A stretch of 64,000 nucleotides of DNA from Candidatus Doudnabacteria bacterium (lineage in GTDB: Bacteria; Patescibacteriota; Doudnabacteria; UBA920), in NCBI GenBank assembly GCA_020850635.1, contig JADZEH010000032.1, positions 11,421-75,420 on the forward strand, given 5' to 3'. Each line of letters begins with the position of its first letter. The stretch's first letter is position 1. A program made the translations under genes and the position numbers. A model generated the notes under the pieces. The model saw nothing but the letters and a program-made list of their open reading frames with translations, ran no database searches and was not told the origin of the DNA. This document shows, one piece after another, positions 1-9,735 of this stretch.

Positions 1-161
1 GCAAGGAAGAAATTGAAGCCGCTTGGAAATTTACCGACAGTCTGGTAAACAATTGGGATAACAAAAACGCGCCGATTCAAGCTTATGCTTCTGGAACTAC
101 CGGACCAAAACAAGCAGAGGCTATGATAGCAAAAGACGGCCGTAGGTGGTGGACTAAGTAA
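1..161 (+). CDS. zwf: glucose-6-phosphate dehydrogenase, C-terminal fragment (5' end outside the window)
   Basis: In-frame translation from position 3 gives KEEIEAAWKFTDSLVNNWDNKNAPIQAYASGTTGPKQAEAMIAKDGRRWWTK*. This matches the conserved G6PD C-terminus (Y..G(S/T)xGP...A..L....GR.W). The neighbouring gnd and pgl genes fit the same pathway. Confidence 0.7.
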   Translation, partial: KEEIEAAWKFTDSLVNNWDNKNAPIQAYASGTTGPKQAEAMIAKDGRRWWTK

Positions 162-173
162 TCAAAAAAATAT

Positions 174-758
174 ATGCAAAAGCGAGCTTTCATAATTCAC
201 GGATGGGAAGGCTTTCCTGAAGAAGGGTGGTTCCCATGGTTAAAGAATGAACTTGAGAAGCAGGGTTTTATAGTAGCAGTGCCTCAAATGCCCGATGCTG
301 AACAACCTAGAATTGAAAAGTGGATTCCCAAAATAGCCGAAGTAGTCGGTCAGCCCGATGATCAGACTTATTTCATTGGTCATAGCATGGGTTGCCAAGC
401 GATTGTTCGATACCTTGAGACTTTGCCACCAGAAGTAAAAGTTGGTGGTGCTGTCTTCGTTGCTGGATTTTTTAAACGCTTAACAAACATTGACGATGAT
501 CCTGCAAGCCAGGAAACTGAAAAGCATTGGTTACAGAGTCCTTTGGACTGGGAAAAGGTCATATCTCATATTGATAAAAGCGTAGCGATTTTTTCTGACA
601 ATGATCCATTCGTACCTTTGAATAATCAGGATGATTTTGTTCAGCACCTTAATTCAACAGTAATTATCGAACATGGCAAGGGTCATTTCAGTGGACCGAC
701 AGACAAAGTCACTGAGTTACCGGTGGCGTTAGAGGCATTATTAACCATATCTAAATAA
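174..758 (+). CDS. alpha/beta-fold serine hydrolase, YdeN/RBBP9-like family
   Basis: 194-aa ORF. It carries a GHSMG nucleophile-elbow motif (GxSxG), and its size and order fit the RBBP9/YdeN serine hydrolases. The start is within 5 nt of the gnd start. Confidence 0.7.
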   Translation: MQKRAFIIHGWEGFPEEGWFPWLKNELEKQGFIVAVPQMPDAEQPRIEKWIPKIAEVVGQPDDQTYFIGHSMGCQAIVRYLETLPPEVKVGGAVFVAGFFKRLTNIDDDPASQETEKHWLQSPLDWEKVISHIDKSVAIFSDNDPFVPLNNQDDFVQHLNSTVIIEHGKGHFSGPTDKVTELPVALEALLTISK

Positions 759-762
759 TCAT

Positions 763-1674
763 ATGCAACTCGCACTATTTGGGTTAGGGAAAATGGGGAT
801 GCAGATTGCTAAACGTCTGCATAAAAATGGCTTTGAGGTTTTGGCCTGGAATCGTTCGCCAGAGCCACGTCAAGCTTTTGTCGAATTTGGTGGAAAAGCT
901 TTTGAAACAGAAAAGGAAGTTATTGATGCGCTGACAGATTCACCGCGCGTGTTTTGGATAATGCTTCCCAACGATGTTGTCGAAGAATTTATTTTTGCTG
1001 ATCACGGTTTGCAACAATACCTACGTGAAGGTGATATTGTTATTGATGGTGGTAACTCGTTTTACAAAGACAGTGTGCGTCGGGCAAATACACTTCGTGA
1101 AAAAGGAATCCACTATTTTGATAGTGGAACTTCTGGGGGAGTGTGGGGCGAGAAAAATGGATTTGCTTTGATGGTTGGTGGTCCTGCCAATATTTGGCCA
1201 ACGGTTGAGCCAATTTTCAAAACCCTTTCTAGTGGAAGCAACTATGGTTTAGTCGGTGATAGTGGCGCTGGTCACTTTGTGAAAATGGTTCATAACGGGA
1301 TTGAATACGGCATGATGGAAGCCATTGCCGAAGGTTACAGCGTTATGCACGCTAGTCCGTTTAAAGTTGATCTACCTCAAGTCACCAAGATTTATCAGGA
1401 AGGTTCAGTTGTTCGTTCTTGGTTGATTGATTTGATGGCCAACATTTTTGCTAATGAAGATATTGAAAATACAACTGGCCTGGTGCGAGCAACTGGCGAA
1501 GGGGAGTGGACTATCAACGCTGGTAAAGAACTTGGGGTTGATGTCCGCGTAATTGAAGCATCACTTCAAGTTCGACGCGAGTCTGAACAACCAGAAAATC
1601 AAGACCAATTCCGTAACAAAATTTTAGCATTACTCCGTAAACAGTTCGGTGGTCATGCGGTTAATAAAAAGTAA
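763..1674 (+). CDS. gnd: 6-phosphogluconate dehydrogenase (decarboxylating), short NAD-binding form (YqeC/GndA-like)
   Basis: 303 aa with an N-terminal Rossmann motif GLGKMG and conserved 6PGDH blocks (GDSGAGHFVKMVHNGIEYGMMEAIAEGY). It is flanked by zwf and pgl. Confidence 0.85.
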   Translation: MQLALFGLGKMGMQIAKRLHKNGFEVLAWNRSPEPRQAFVEFGGKAFETEKEVIDALTDSPRVFWIMLPNDVVEEFIFADHGLQQYLREGDIVIDGGNSFYKDSVRRANTLREKGIHYFDSGTSGGVWGEKNGFALMVGGPANIWPTVEPIFKTLSSGSNYGLVGDSGAGHFVKMVHNGIEYGMMEAIAEGYSVMHASPFKVDLPQVTKIYQEGSVVRSWLIDLMANIFANEDIENTTGLVRATGEGEWTINAGKELGVDVRVIEASLQVRRESEQPENQDQFRNKILALLRKQFGGHAVNKK

Positions 1675-2284
1675 TATGGTAGCGTATTCTCCTCAAGAAA
1701 TCAAACTGTTTAAGAAGCTCAATAGTCCTGCGAAAATTCAGGACTATTTAAATACTTTAAAACACAATAAGAAAGATACGTGGCGATCTCCGCGAAACGT
1801 TATCAAACACAAAGAAGCCTATTGTATTGAAGGGGCCATTTTAGCTGCGGCAATCTTAGAGTTTCATGGCCATAAACCTTTGATTATGGACATTCGTGGC
1901 GCTCATCCTGATGTTGATCACGTTATTGCACCTTTCAAATTAAACGGTTATTGGGGAGCGATTAGTAAAACCAATTACGCCGTTCTGAGATATCGTGAGC
2001 CAATTTACAAAACACTCCGTGAATTAGTCATGTCATATTTCCATGAGTATTTCTTAGATAATGGCATTAAAACTTTACGCGATTATTCTGTGCCACTAAA
2101 CTTGAGAAAATTCAAGAAATACAACTGGCAAACTAGCGAACAAAGTTTGGAAGACATTGCGGAATACATCGATACAATCAAACACATCCCGATTATCAAT
2201 AAGAAGCAAATAAAAAATCTGCGTAAAGCAGATAGTTTAGAGATTGCGGTTGGTAAGCTCAGAGAGTGGCCAAAGAAACGTTAG
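1649..2284 (+). CDS. hypothetical protein with a possible transglutaminase-like Cys/His/Asp fold
   Basis: 211-aa ORF overlapping the gnd stop. The more likely start is the ATG at 1676 (MVAYSPQE...). Motifs YCIEGAILAAAIL ... HPDVDHVIAPF ... W are compatible with a papain/transglutaminase-like core. This reading is speculative. Confidence 0.55.
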   Translation: MVMRLIKSNMVAYSPQEIKLFKKLNSPAKIQDYLNTLKHNKKDTWRSPRNVIKHKEAYCIEGAILAAAILEFHGHKPLIMDIRGAHPDVDHVIAPFKLNGYWGAISKTNYAVLRYREPIYKTLRELVMSYFHEYFLDNGIKTLRDYSVPLNLRKFKKYNWQTSEQSLEDIAEYIDTIKHIPIINKKQIKNLRKADSLEIAVGKLREWPKKR

Positions 2285-3009
2285 TGCGAAAGCTTGAGTT
2301 CGCTACCGGCAGCATCATCGAGAAGCCAAATAACGTTGCCAGAGATTTGAGCAGCGGGAACGTTGACACTTTCGCCTTGGGTTAAAATTTTGTGAACCAT
2401 CTCAGCTTTGTCTTCTCCGGTAATGAGGAATATTACAATATAGGCGTTGTTGATAAGTTGAGAAGTAAATGACAGTCGTTCGGCTGGAGGCTTTGGTGAG
2501 TTTCGTTCAATGGCGATCATCCCCGTGCCTTCTGTAATTTCGTGATCGGGAAATAGGGAAGCGGTGTGACCATCAGGCCCCATGCCTAAATAGATAAGAT
2601 CAAGTTTTGGTAAATCACCACCAAAAACTTTTTGAATAGTTTTTGTGTAAGCATTAGCAGAATCTTCAAGTGTGGTCTCAGTTGGAATTGGGTGAACGTT
2701 TTCTGCTGGGATCGGAAGTTCATCTATAAATAGAGCTTTGGTTGAGCCGAAAGTGCTGTCGCTGTGGTCGTAGGGGACGAATCGTTCATCACTCCAAAAA
2801 ATATGAACAACACTCCAGTCAATCGCATCTTTATACTGCTGTTGTAGTAAATATTCATACATGGCTTTGGGAGTAGTGCCACCAGAAAGAGCGACTAAGA
2901 ATTTCCCTCGAGCTGCTATGGCTTCGATACCAATTTTCACGAAATGCTCAGCGCCATCACGGGCAACGCTATCGGGATTGGGGTGAAGAATGACAATTGG
3001 TCGGGCCAT
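2281..3009 (-). CDS. pgl: 6-phosphogluconolactonase
   Basis: 242 aa. The motifs LVALSGGTTPKAMYEYL and HIFWSDERFVP are hallmarks of the 6PGL/glucosamine-6-P deaminase family. It lies adjacent to gnd and zwf. Confidence 0.8.
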   Translation of the reverse strand: MARPIVILHPNPDSVARDGAEHFVKIGIEAIAARGKFLVALSGGTTPKAMYEYLLQQQYKDAIDWSVVHIFWSDERFVPYDHSDSTFGSTKALFIDELPIPAENVHPIPTETTLEDSANAYTKTIQKVFGGDLPKLDLIYLGMGPDGHTASLFPDHEITEGTGMIAIERNSPKPPAERLSFTSQLINNAYIVIFLITGEDKAEMVHKILTQGESVNVPAAQISGNVIWLLDDAAGSELKLSH

Positions 3010-3047
3010 GTGTTTTTAAATAAATATTGCTATAATAACTGTATTGT

Positions 3048-4238
3048 ATGCCATATATCCTTGCTTTGACAATTTTATTAGCACCGACTTATGTTCTTCG
3101 GTTTAATCTGTATGGACTTCCAACCAATGCGTTGATGGTTTGGCTAGGTTTGGTTTGGGTTTTCTTTGTTGTATGGTTGATGTTTACGAAGCGCGCCAAG
3201 AGTTTCTTTGCTAGTGTTTTGGGCCATGATCGACGTTTGTTGATAGCCATTGGGCTGTTCTTGTTGGCTGGACTCGTCTCACTATTTGTTGGTGGTTTCA
3301 CTGTTCCGAAGCTCGGTCAGTGTATTGTCTGGTTTATTCAGCCTATCGGCACGTACTTTATTGTAAGATTTGTGGTTACTGAAAAAGCTCGCACAAAAGA
3401 TTTACTGGTTAACGCGATGTACGCTGTTGTGGGATTGGCTGGAGCTTATGCCATCGCTCAATATTTTACTTTAGTCGGTTTGCCGTCTGATTGGTGGGGG
3501 AACAGCGCTGAGCCAAAACGAGCGATTAGTTTTTTTGCTCACCCTAATGCGTTCGCGCTTTTTATCACCCCTGTTCTTGCCTTTTTAATACCACATACGT
3601 TAGAAGCGTTTCAGCGCGTACGTCATCATAAAAATTCTGCATTTTTAGTCTTGGCTTGGGGGCTTGGTGCTGTGGGATTATTACTGTCACTGTCGCGTGG
3701 TGGTTGGCTGGGTTTACTGGCCGCCGCCGTTTTGTTCGTCATCATTAGTATGAACAAGCGCTTGATGCTTGCCGGCTTGGGTTTATTGATTGTCCTTGGG
3801 TTCATTGTGGTAGCTGTTCCGAATCTGCGCTATCGAGTCTTACTGCCGTTCCACGGTGAAAAATCTAGTGTAGCTCGTTTGAGTTTATGGGACACCGGTA
3901 CCAAGATGATTAAAGACAGTCCGCTAGTAGGGAAGGGCTTGCTTGGTTTTAATATGAACTGGGAGAAGTACAACACGGACCCAGGGCTTAATCCATACCC
4001 GGCGCCTCATAACATCTTCTTAAATTTTTGGATTGAAACTGGTCTTCTTGGTTTGATAAGTTTTTGCGCGATCTCGTTTTTTGCGTTTGTGAAGGGCGTG
4101 AAGAATCGTCGTAATTTGTTTGCGTTGGGACTCACATTGTCTATCGTGGCCATATTCGTTCATGGTCAGATTGATGTTCCTTACTTAAAGAATGACTTAG
4201 CTCTGCTGTTCTGGATTATGCTCGCAGCTTTCTTATGA
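3048..4238 (+). CDS. polytopic membrane protein, O-antigen ligase (Wzy_C/WaaL)-like
   Basis: 396 aa with at least 10 predicted TM helices. It has the characteristic LSLSRGGWLGLLAA loop motif of O-antigen polymerase/ligase family proteins. Confidence 0.55.
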   Translation: MPYILALTILLAPTYVLRFNLYGLPTNALMVWLGLVWVFFVVWLMFTKRAKSFFASVLGHDRRLLIAIGLFLLAGLVSLFVGGFTVPKLGQCIVWFIQPIGTYFIVRFVVTEKARTKDLLVNAMYAVVGLAGAYAIAQYFTLVGLPSDWWGNSAEPKRAISFFAHPNAFALFITPVLAFLIPHTLEAFQRVRHHKNSAFLVLAWGLGAVGLLLSLSRGGWLGLLAAAVLFVIISMNKRLMLAGLGLLIVLGFIVVAVPNLRYRVLLPFHGEKSSVARLSLWDTGTKMIKDSPLVGKGLLGFNMNWEKYNTDPGLNPYPAPHNIFLNFWIETGLLGLISFCAISFFAFVKGVKNRRNLFALGLTLSIVAIFVHGQIDVPYLKNDLALLFWIMLAAFL

Positions 4239-4960
4239 AATCAATTTCTAATACTGAAAAAGTTATTTATAGCGCTGGTGTGGTTTTGGCGATTATGGTT
4301 TATGTTATTACCATCCAGCAAAATCCAATTTTTGAGATAGCGTCATTACGTTTAGCTCGCAGTTTTGGTTTGATTTCTTTTGGCCTTTTGTTTTTGTCTT
4401 TAGTCGCATCGCCTTTGTACAAAGCTTTCCCCGAAGTTCCGGGCAAGCTGTGGTTTACCAAAGCGGCTAAACCTTTTGGAGTCTCTGCATTTTTCTTTGC
4501 TTTGCTTCACGGTCACTACGCGTTTTTCAAAGTTTTAAGAGGGTTTGAGGGACTATCATATCTCTCAACTCGGTATTTATTGGCAGTTGTAGTTTCAACT
4601 CTAACCTTAGGGTTGTTGGCAATTCTGACCGCAATCTCATTTGAGTTTGTGACTAAAAAACTTGGTGAAAGCTGGAAGTGGCTTCGCAAATTAGTGTATG
4701 TTGTGGCTTTCTTGGCACCATTGCATGCGTTGTTGATTGGAAGTCATTTCACGAGTGGAGATAGTCTAATCGGGCAGGTTTTTATTTTCTTGTGGTTGTT
4801 GTTGTTATTGCTTCAAGAGATTTGCTTACATCAGTATCTGTGTAAGCGGTATTCTCAAATCCATCCTAAAATTACCGGCGGTATTTTGATTATATTTTTC
4901 TCAGTAATATTTTATATAGTTCTCCTCACTGATACCTTTATTTCACATCATAATGTCTAA
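4235..4960 (+). CDS. integral membrane protein, possibly a ferric-reductase/MsrQ-like heme-binding TM domain
   Basis: 241 aa with 5-6 TM helices. Conserved His residues sit inside the helices (LLHGHYAFF, PLHALLIGSHF). The start overlaps the stop of the upstream gene (ATGA). Confidence 0.45.
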   Translation: MKSISNTEKVIYSAGVVLAIMVYVITIQQNPIFEIASLRLARSFGLISFGLLFLSLVASPLYKAFPEVPGKLWFTKAAKPFGVSAFFFALLHGHYAFFKVLRGFEGLSYLSTRYLLAVVVSTLTLGLLAILTAISFEFVTKKLGESWKWLRKLVYVVAFLAPLHALLIGSHFTSGDSLIGQVFIFLWLLLLLLQEICLHQYLCKRYSQIHPKITGGILIIFFSVIFYIVLLTDTFISHHNV

Positions 4961-5495
4961 TCAGAAACTGTCGTTATTACTTATCTGTGCTCTATTGTTT
5001 CTTCCAAACAACCTCTCGGCTCATACTCTGGAAAATGTTAGTAGTATTGGGGCAGTGTTACATATTAATCCCGATGATAACCCTGTGGTGAGACAGCCAG
5101 CGACTTTAGTTTTCTCGATGTCGGATCAAGAGAACCTTTTTAATGCAAAGCAGTGTGCTTGTACTTTAAGCATTAAGAGAGGAGAAGATGATTTAGGGAG
5201 TTTAGACGTTAGTGCTATTTCGCTTGATAAACTTGAATTGGTTTATACGTTTCCCGAAGTGGGTCTATACACTTTAACTTTAAACGGGATTCCAAAAGAT
5301 GGCGCAATTTTTGAACCATTTAATTTGGATTTTGATTTGCAAGTAGAGCGCACTGAGGCTGCTGTCGGTACAGATTTTAAAACTTTTTTACTCACGCATG
5401 GGCTTCACATTATTTTGTTTGGCGGAGCGTTTGCTGTAGTCTTTGCTATCCATTTGCGCGACTTGTATCGTAAACGAAAGCAGTCAAAACTCTAA
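4953..5495 (+). CDS. secreted protein with a C-terminal TM anchor, possibly a His-brace copper-binding YcnI/DUF1775-like protein
   Basis: 180 aa with a signal peptide ending ...NLSA|HTLENV. The mature N-terminal His is the arrangement seen in YcnI-like proteins. A C-terminal hydrophobic helix plus KRK follows. The family assignment is speculative. Confidence 0.4.
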   Translation: MSNQKLSLLLICALLFLPNNLSAHTLENVSSIGAVLHINPDDNPVVRQPATLVFSMSDQENLFNAKQCACTLSIKRGEDDLGSLDVSAISLDKLELVYTFPEVGLYTLTLNGIPKDGAIFEPFNLDFDLQVERTEAAVGTDFKTFLLTHGLHIILFGGAFAVVFAIHLRDLYRKRKQSKL

Positions 5496-5576
5496 ACTTC
5501 AGCCTTGTCTTAGAGCTATTGCAAGAATGGGGAATATGTTAAAATAGGAAGTAGATTTATTATTCACTGTGTTTTT

Positions 5577-6002
5577 ATGAAAAACTTGATAAAGCAGTAT
5601 GGTCTGTATGCCGCTTGGGGAGTCGCCGCTTTAGCGGTTATCGGGAGCCTGTATTTTAGTGAATTTTTAGACTTACCGCCGTGTGTGTTGTGTTGGTATC
5701 AGAGAGCTATGATGTACCCTATGGCTATAATTTTATTGATCGGCATGATTCGCAAAGATTTGAAAGTTTGGGTTTATGCTTTGCCGTTAAGTATTATCGG
5801 TTTACTCGTAGCTATTTACCATAACTTGTTGTACTTTAAGATTTTGCCAGAGAGTGCTGCGCCATGTGTTGCAGGTATTTCGTGTACTACTCAGTTTCTT
5901 CAATTTTTCGGATTCATAGATATCCCATTAATGTCATTAATCGCGTTTGTCGTTATAACTGCATTGCTTTCGGCTTACGCTTGGATTCAAAAGCATGACT
6001 AA
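5577..6002 (+). CDS. disulfide bond formation protein B (DsbB/BdbC family)
   Basis: 141 aa with 4 TM helices. It has the periplasmic CxxC pair CVLCWYQR and a second Cys pair CVAGISC, typical of BdbC/DsbB. It is translationally coupled to the downstream DsbA-like gene. Confidence 0.75.
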   Translation: MKNLIKQYGLYAAWGVAALAVIGSLYFSEFLDLPPCVLCWYQRAMMYPMAIILLIGMIRKDLKVWVYALPLSIIGLLVAIYHNLLYFKILPESAAPCVAGISCTTQFLQFFGFIDIPLMSLIAFVVITALLSAYAWIQKHD

Positions 6003-6648
6003 AGAAGTAAAGATTATCATTGTTGTCGCTGCGTTAGTATTGTTAGGTGGGGCCGCATTATTTATGTTTGGTAACCCTCAGCCAAAAGAGGCGGGGCAAG
6101 CGGTGGATAGCCAGTCTCTGGTTCGCGAAAATAGCCGCATGACAGGGAAACGCGATGCGAAGGTGACGGTAGTTGAGTTTGGTGATTTTCAGTGTCCAGG
6201 ATGTGCTTATGCCGATCCAATTCTGAAAGAAGTTATAGCAGCTTACAAAGACAATCCCAACTTTAACTTCGTGTTTAGAAACTTTCCTTTAAATGGTATC
6301 CATCCAAATGCGCAAGTTGCGGCTGAAGCGGCTGAAGCAGCGGGTGGGCAAGGTAAGTATTGGGAAATGCACTATCGTATTTACGAAACTCAGACCGATT
6401 GGGCTTCAAGTCAAGATGCGAAAGGCTACTTTGTGAACCTTGCTCGTGAACTTGGTCTAGATGTTGGAAAGTTTGAAAGTGAATTGAATCAAGGAATTTA
6501 TCGAGAAATTGTTCGCACTGACACTGCTGATGGTGAGTCTATCGGTGTTAACAGTACCCCAACCTTCTTTATCAATGGGGTGAAACAAACAGAAATTCCT
6601 ACATTTGAAGAATGGAAAACTTTAATCGACGCTGAGCTAGCTAAGTAA
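5995..6648 (+). CDS. thioredoxin-fold thiol:disulfide oxidoreductase (DsbA/BdbD-like)
   Basis: 217 aa with an N-terminal membrane anchor and the DsbA-type active site FQCPGCAY. The start overlaps the dsbB stop. Confidence 0.8.
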   Translation: MTKEVKIIIVVAALVLLGGAALFMFGNPQPKEAGQAVDSQSLVRENSRMTGKRDAKVTVVEFGDFQCPGCAYADPILKEVIAAYKDNPNFNFVFRNFPLNGIHPNAQVAAEAAEAAGGQGKYWEMHYRIYETQTDWASSQDAKGYFVNLARELGLDVGKFESELNQGIYREIVRTDTADGESIGVNSTPTFFINGVKQTEIPTFEEWKTLIDAELAK

Positions 6649-6710
6649 GTGATTCAAATTTAAAAAACGCTCCAGATTGAGCGTTTTTTTTCAAAGGAAA
6701 TATTTTTAGA

Positions 6711-7271
6711 TTAACGCAACTTTTTTCTTAAAGTAAAGTTGGCGAGTAAGCTTCCACAAATAATTAGAGCAACATAAATTCCAAGGAAGATAAACACAGA
6801 AGGGCGAACGGTGCGGGGGAGAATGCTAATGATGAAAATGCTGTACCAGGAGACTATTGAAATAGTTCCGCTAATAGCTAGTAACCAAATATTTTTTCCA
6901 AGAAGTCCGAGTGATAAAGTTTGACCGACTGCAGACCGTAAGACCGGAAAAATCTTTTTCATAAATACAAAACCGTTGATCAAGACAACCGCGACCATAA
7001 TTAACTTGGCTTGCCAACGTGGTGAAGCGAGCATAGGAATTGAACCACGTTCCATGTAGATTAGGGTAAACATGGTTGCGCCAGAGACAATCAAAATAAT
7101 TAATCCAATCCAAATTACACGAGATAGAGTTTTGAGTGTGTTGAACTTTTCTTGAGTGATCGTTTTTTCATTCACGCTTTTTAGAAACATGACATCGCTA
7201 ATTGTGGCACCGCCAAGTCCTAAAGCAAAACCAAGTAAATGAGCTGTGAGAGCAATGAGTTCGTAGTCCAT
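6711..7271 (-). CDS. hypothetical integral membrane protein
   Basis: 186 aa with 5 predicted TM helices and no recognisable catalytic motif. It is convergent with dsbA across a bidirectional terminator. Confidence 0.5.
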   Translation of the reverse strand: MDYELIALTAHLLGFALGLGGATISDVMFLKSVNEKTITQEKFNTLKTLSRVIWIGLIILIVSGATMFTLIYMERGSIPMLASPRWQAKLIMVAVVLINGFVFMKKIFPVLRSAVGQTLSLGLLGKNIWLLAISGTISIVSWYSIFIISILPRTVRPSVFIFLGIYVALIICGSLLANFTLRKKLR

Positions 7272-7461
7272 CTGGTTATAAAAGTTAGTGATTATAGTAT
7301 AAGCATATCAAAAATTTGCTAAATATTCAGTTTATACCGCCTAAAATTATAAATCTGCGCATAAATACAACCAAAATCTAAGTTAGAGACTAGCGGATAA
7401 GCTCTAACTTTGGGTATAATTATCAATACTGATTCGTAAACGAAAAGAAACGGAAACAAAA

Positions 7462-8973
7462 ATGACAAAAAAACATAGTTATACTATTTTTACCGCGATA
7501 TTAGCATTATCACTGCTTTTCCCAGCCTCAACCCCGGTTCGTGCTCAACTTAGCACTATCCGTACGATTGTTTTTCCGGTAATTGGTGCTGCGACATATA
7601 GTGATGACTTTGGTGATGGACGTTCTGGTGGTCGTACCCATGAAGGTAATGATATCTTCGGTAAAAAAATGTGGCCATTAGTTGCTGCTGTCGATGGTAC
7701 TATTTCGACCGTGGTTTATCCGCAAGCGACATGGGGATATAGTGTCACCATCCGTGATGCTGATGGCTATCGTTACAACTATTTGCACATTAATAACGAC
7801 AACCCTGGAACTGATGATGGGCAAGGCGGTGGGTTTTTCGCTTATGCTCCAGACGTGATGCGTGGTAATAAAGTTGTGAAGGGTCAGCTCATTGGTTGGA
7901 TGGGTGATAGTGGAAATGCCGAAACGACAACAGCGCATTTGCATTTTGAAATTCGCACTCCTGACGGCCAACCATTTAGCCCTTATCAAAGTTTGCGCAA
8001 CGCAACGAAGATAGCCGTTCCTATAAATCATCCTGCGTTACCTCACGAAATTTTACCTTTTGAATCGTTCAGTGGTGGTGCTTCTATTGCTCTTGGAAAT
8101 TTAGATGATGATAGTAGTGTAGAAGTTGTTGCTGGTGCGAGGGTTGGGGGTGGTCCTCTTGTTCGCACATACGAAACTACAAACAAAGTTATCGATTCAT
8201 GGTACGCTTACGACCCTAATTTTTTTGGTGGAGTTGATGTCGCCACAGGAGATGTAGATGATGACGGAGTTGATGATGTAATAGTGGCGCCTGGTCCTGG
8301 CGGTGGCCCTCATATCAAAGTTTACGAAGCCGATGGCAAGAAAATAATTACTGAATTCATGGCCTACGACCCGTTATTCAGGGGTGGGGTAAATGTGACT
8401 TCGGCCGATGTTTTAGGTGACGATGACGCTGAGATTATTACTTCTCCCGCAAGCAAGGGTGGTCCTCACGTGAAAGTTTTCGATAGTAAAGGAAAGTTGT
8501 TGAAAGAGTTCATGGCCTACGACGGGAATTTCACCGCCGGGATTGATATTGCCGCAGCCAAAGGACGAACTAAAAACGTCATTGCTACCGCGCCAAACGC
8601 TGGTGGGGGCCCGCACGTTAAACTTTTCGATGAAGACGGAAAAATGACTGAAGAACTCATGGCATATGATGGTAATTTTCATGGGGGAGTTCGCATTGCC
8701 GCAAGTGCAAGTAGTGCTCGTACTGAACCAACGATCCATGTAATGCCAGCGAGTAAAGGTGGTCCACATCATAGAACAATTTCGATGAGTGGGACGTTGA
8801 GTGATGGTAGTTTGGTTGCTTTTGAGCCGTGGTGGAATGGTGGTTATGATATTGCCGTTCGTGGTACTACGGTCTTTGTCAGTTCAGTTGGTGGACGCCG
8901 AACTACAATACGAAATATAAATTTCAATAGTAGTTTTAGTGACGAAGAGCCTCGTCGTCGTAGAAGTTATTAG
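7462..8973 (+). CDS. secreted M23-family metallopeptidase with C-terminal FG-GAP/VCBS-like repeats
   Basis: 503 aa with a signal peptide. The M23 motifs are HEGNDIFG (HxxxD) and HLHFEIR (HxH). Five repeats of the type D[DG]D...GGGPH[IV]KV[FY]..DGK...EFMAYD follow, in an integrin-alpha FG-GAP-like pattern. Confidence 0.8.
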   Translation: MTKKHSYTIFTAILALSLLFPASTPVRAQLSTIRTIVFPVIGAATYSDDFGDGRSGGRTHEGNDIFGKKMWPLVAAVDGTISTVVYPQATWGYSVTIRDADGYRYNYLHINNDNPGTDDGQGGGFFAYAPDVMRGNKVVKGQLIGWMGDSGNAETTTAHLHFEIRTPDGQPFSPYQSLRNATKIAVPINHPALPHEILPFESFSGGASIALGNLDDDSSVEVVAGARVGGGPLVRTYETTNKVIDSWYAYDPNFFGGVDVATGDVDDDGVDDVIVAPGPGGGPHIKVYEADGKKIITEFMAYDPLFRGGVNVTSADVLGDDDAEIITSPASKGGPHVKVFDSKGKLLKEFMAYDGNFTAGIDIAAAKGRTKNVIATAPNAGGGPHVKLFDEDGKMTEELMAYDGNFHGGVRIAASASSARTEPTIHVMPASKGGPHHRTISMSGTLSDGSLVAFEPWWNGGYDIAVRGTTVFVSSVGGRRTTIRNINFNSSFSDEEPRRRRSY

Positions 8974-9032
8974 TGAGTAAAACACCCCTAGGCAAGGGGT
9001 GTTTTATTTTAGAAAGATTTTAACTTTTTCTA

Positions 9033-9062
9033 TTGACTGTGGTTGCAGGGAATTGATAAGAT
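9033..9062 (+). promoter_or_regulatory. candidate sigma70-type promoter for the 9093 gene
   Basis: TTGACT at 9033-9038, an 18-nt spacer, then TAAGAT at 9057-9062. It lies about 30 nt upstream of the ATG. Confidence 0.35.
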
Positions 9063-9092
9063 CAAATCTTGTATTATTAACAAACAACATAT

Positions 9093-9353
9093 ATGCAAGA
9101 AACAACAACAGAGGTTCAGTCAGTAGCGACAGCAGTTCAGCCAGCAATTTTTTCCACAGTGGTTCAAGGAAGTGGAAAAACTTATTTCTTTGATGTTCGC
9201 CAGGCTAAGTCTGGCAAACAAAGCAAATATATTCAGATTACTGAGACTCGTTTGCACGAAGGCCAAAGAATTCGTCATAGCGTTACCGTGTTTTCCGATC
9301 ACTTAGACGCTTTCCTTGATGCTCTAGCCGCCGCTAAAGAGAATATGGTCTAG
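9093..9353 (+). CDS. small nucleic-acid-binding protein, bacterial PUR-alpha-like (DUF3276-like)
   Basis: 86 aa. The block KTYFFDVRQAKSGKQSKYIQITETR resembles the PUR repeat of bacterial DUF3276 proteins. This is a pattern match only. Confidence 0.5.
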   Translation: MQETTTEVQSVATAVQPAIFSTVVQGSGKTYFFDVRQAKSGKQSKYIQITETRLHEGQRIRHSVTVFSDHLDAFLDALAAAKENMV

Positions 9354-9409
9354 GATATTTGACTAGAGGTTGGCAATAATTTATCCTGAATAAAAGTAAG
9401 GCTACTGAA

Positions 9410-9637
9410 ATGAACGAAGAAAAAATCCTCTCCAAATTAATAGAACACGATGAACGCTTGGATCGCATCGAGCAGAACATGGCTACGAAAAGCGAGCTTG
9501 GTGCGCTTAGTAATGCCATAGATAAAGTTCTAGTAATTGTCCAAAAGCTTGATCAAGAGAGAATCTTTACATACAAGTGGATAAGCAGGATAGAGGGTGA
9601 TATAGATCGAATTAAACGACGATTAGATATAGCATAA
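9410..9637 (+). CDS. small coiled-coil hypothetical protein
   Basis: 75 aa, highly charged, with heptad-like spacing. An intrinsic terminator (GCCCCCAGCTGGGGGC + T-run, 9644-9665) follows it. Confidence 0.4.
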   Translation: MNEEKILSKLIEHDERLDRIEQNMATKSELGALSNAIDKVLVIVQKLDQERIFTYKWISRIEGDIDRIKRRLDIA

Positions 9638-9735
9638 ACAAAAGCCCCCAGCTGGGGGCTTTTTACATTGACCAAACCATCAAAAATAGCTATAATACTA
9701 GCACATATTCCGCAAGTCGCGGTATTTTTTAATCC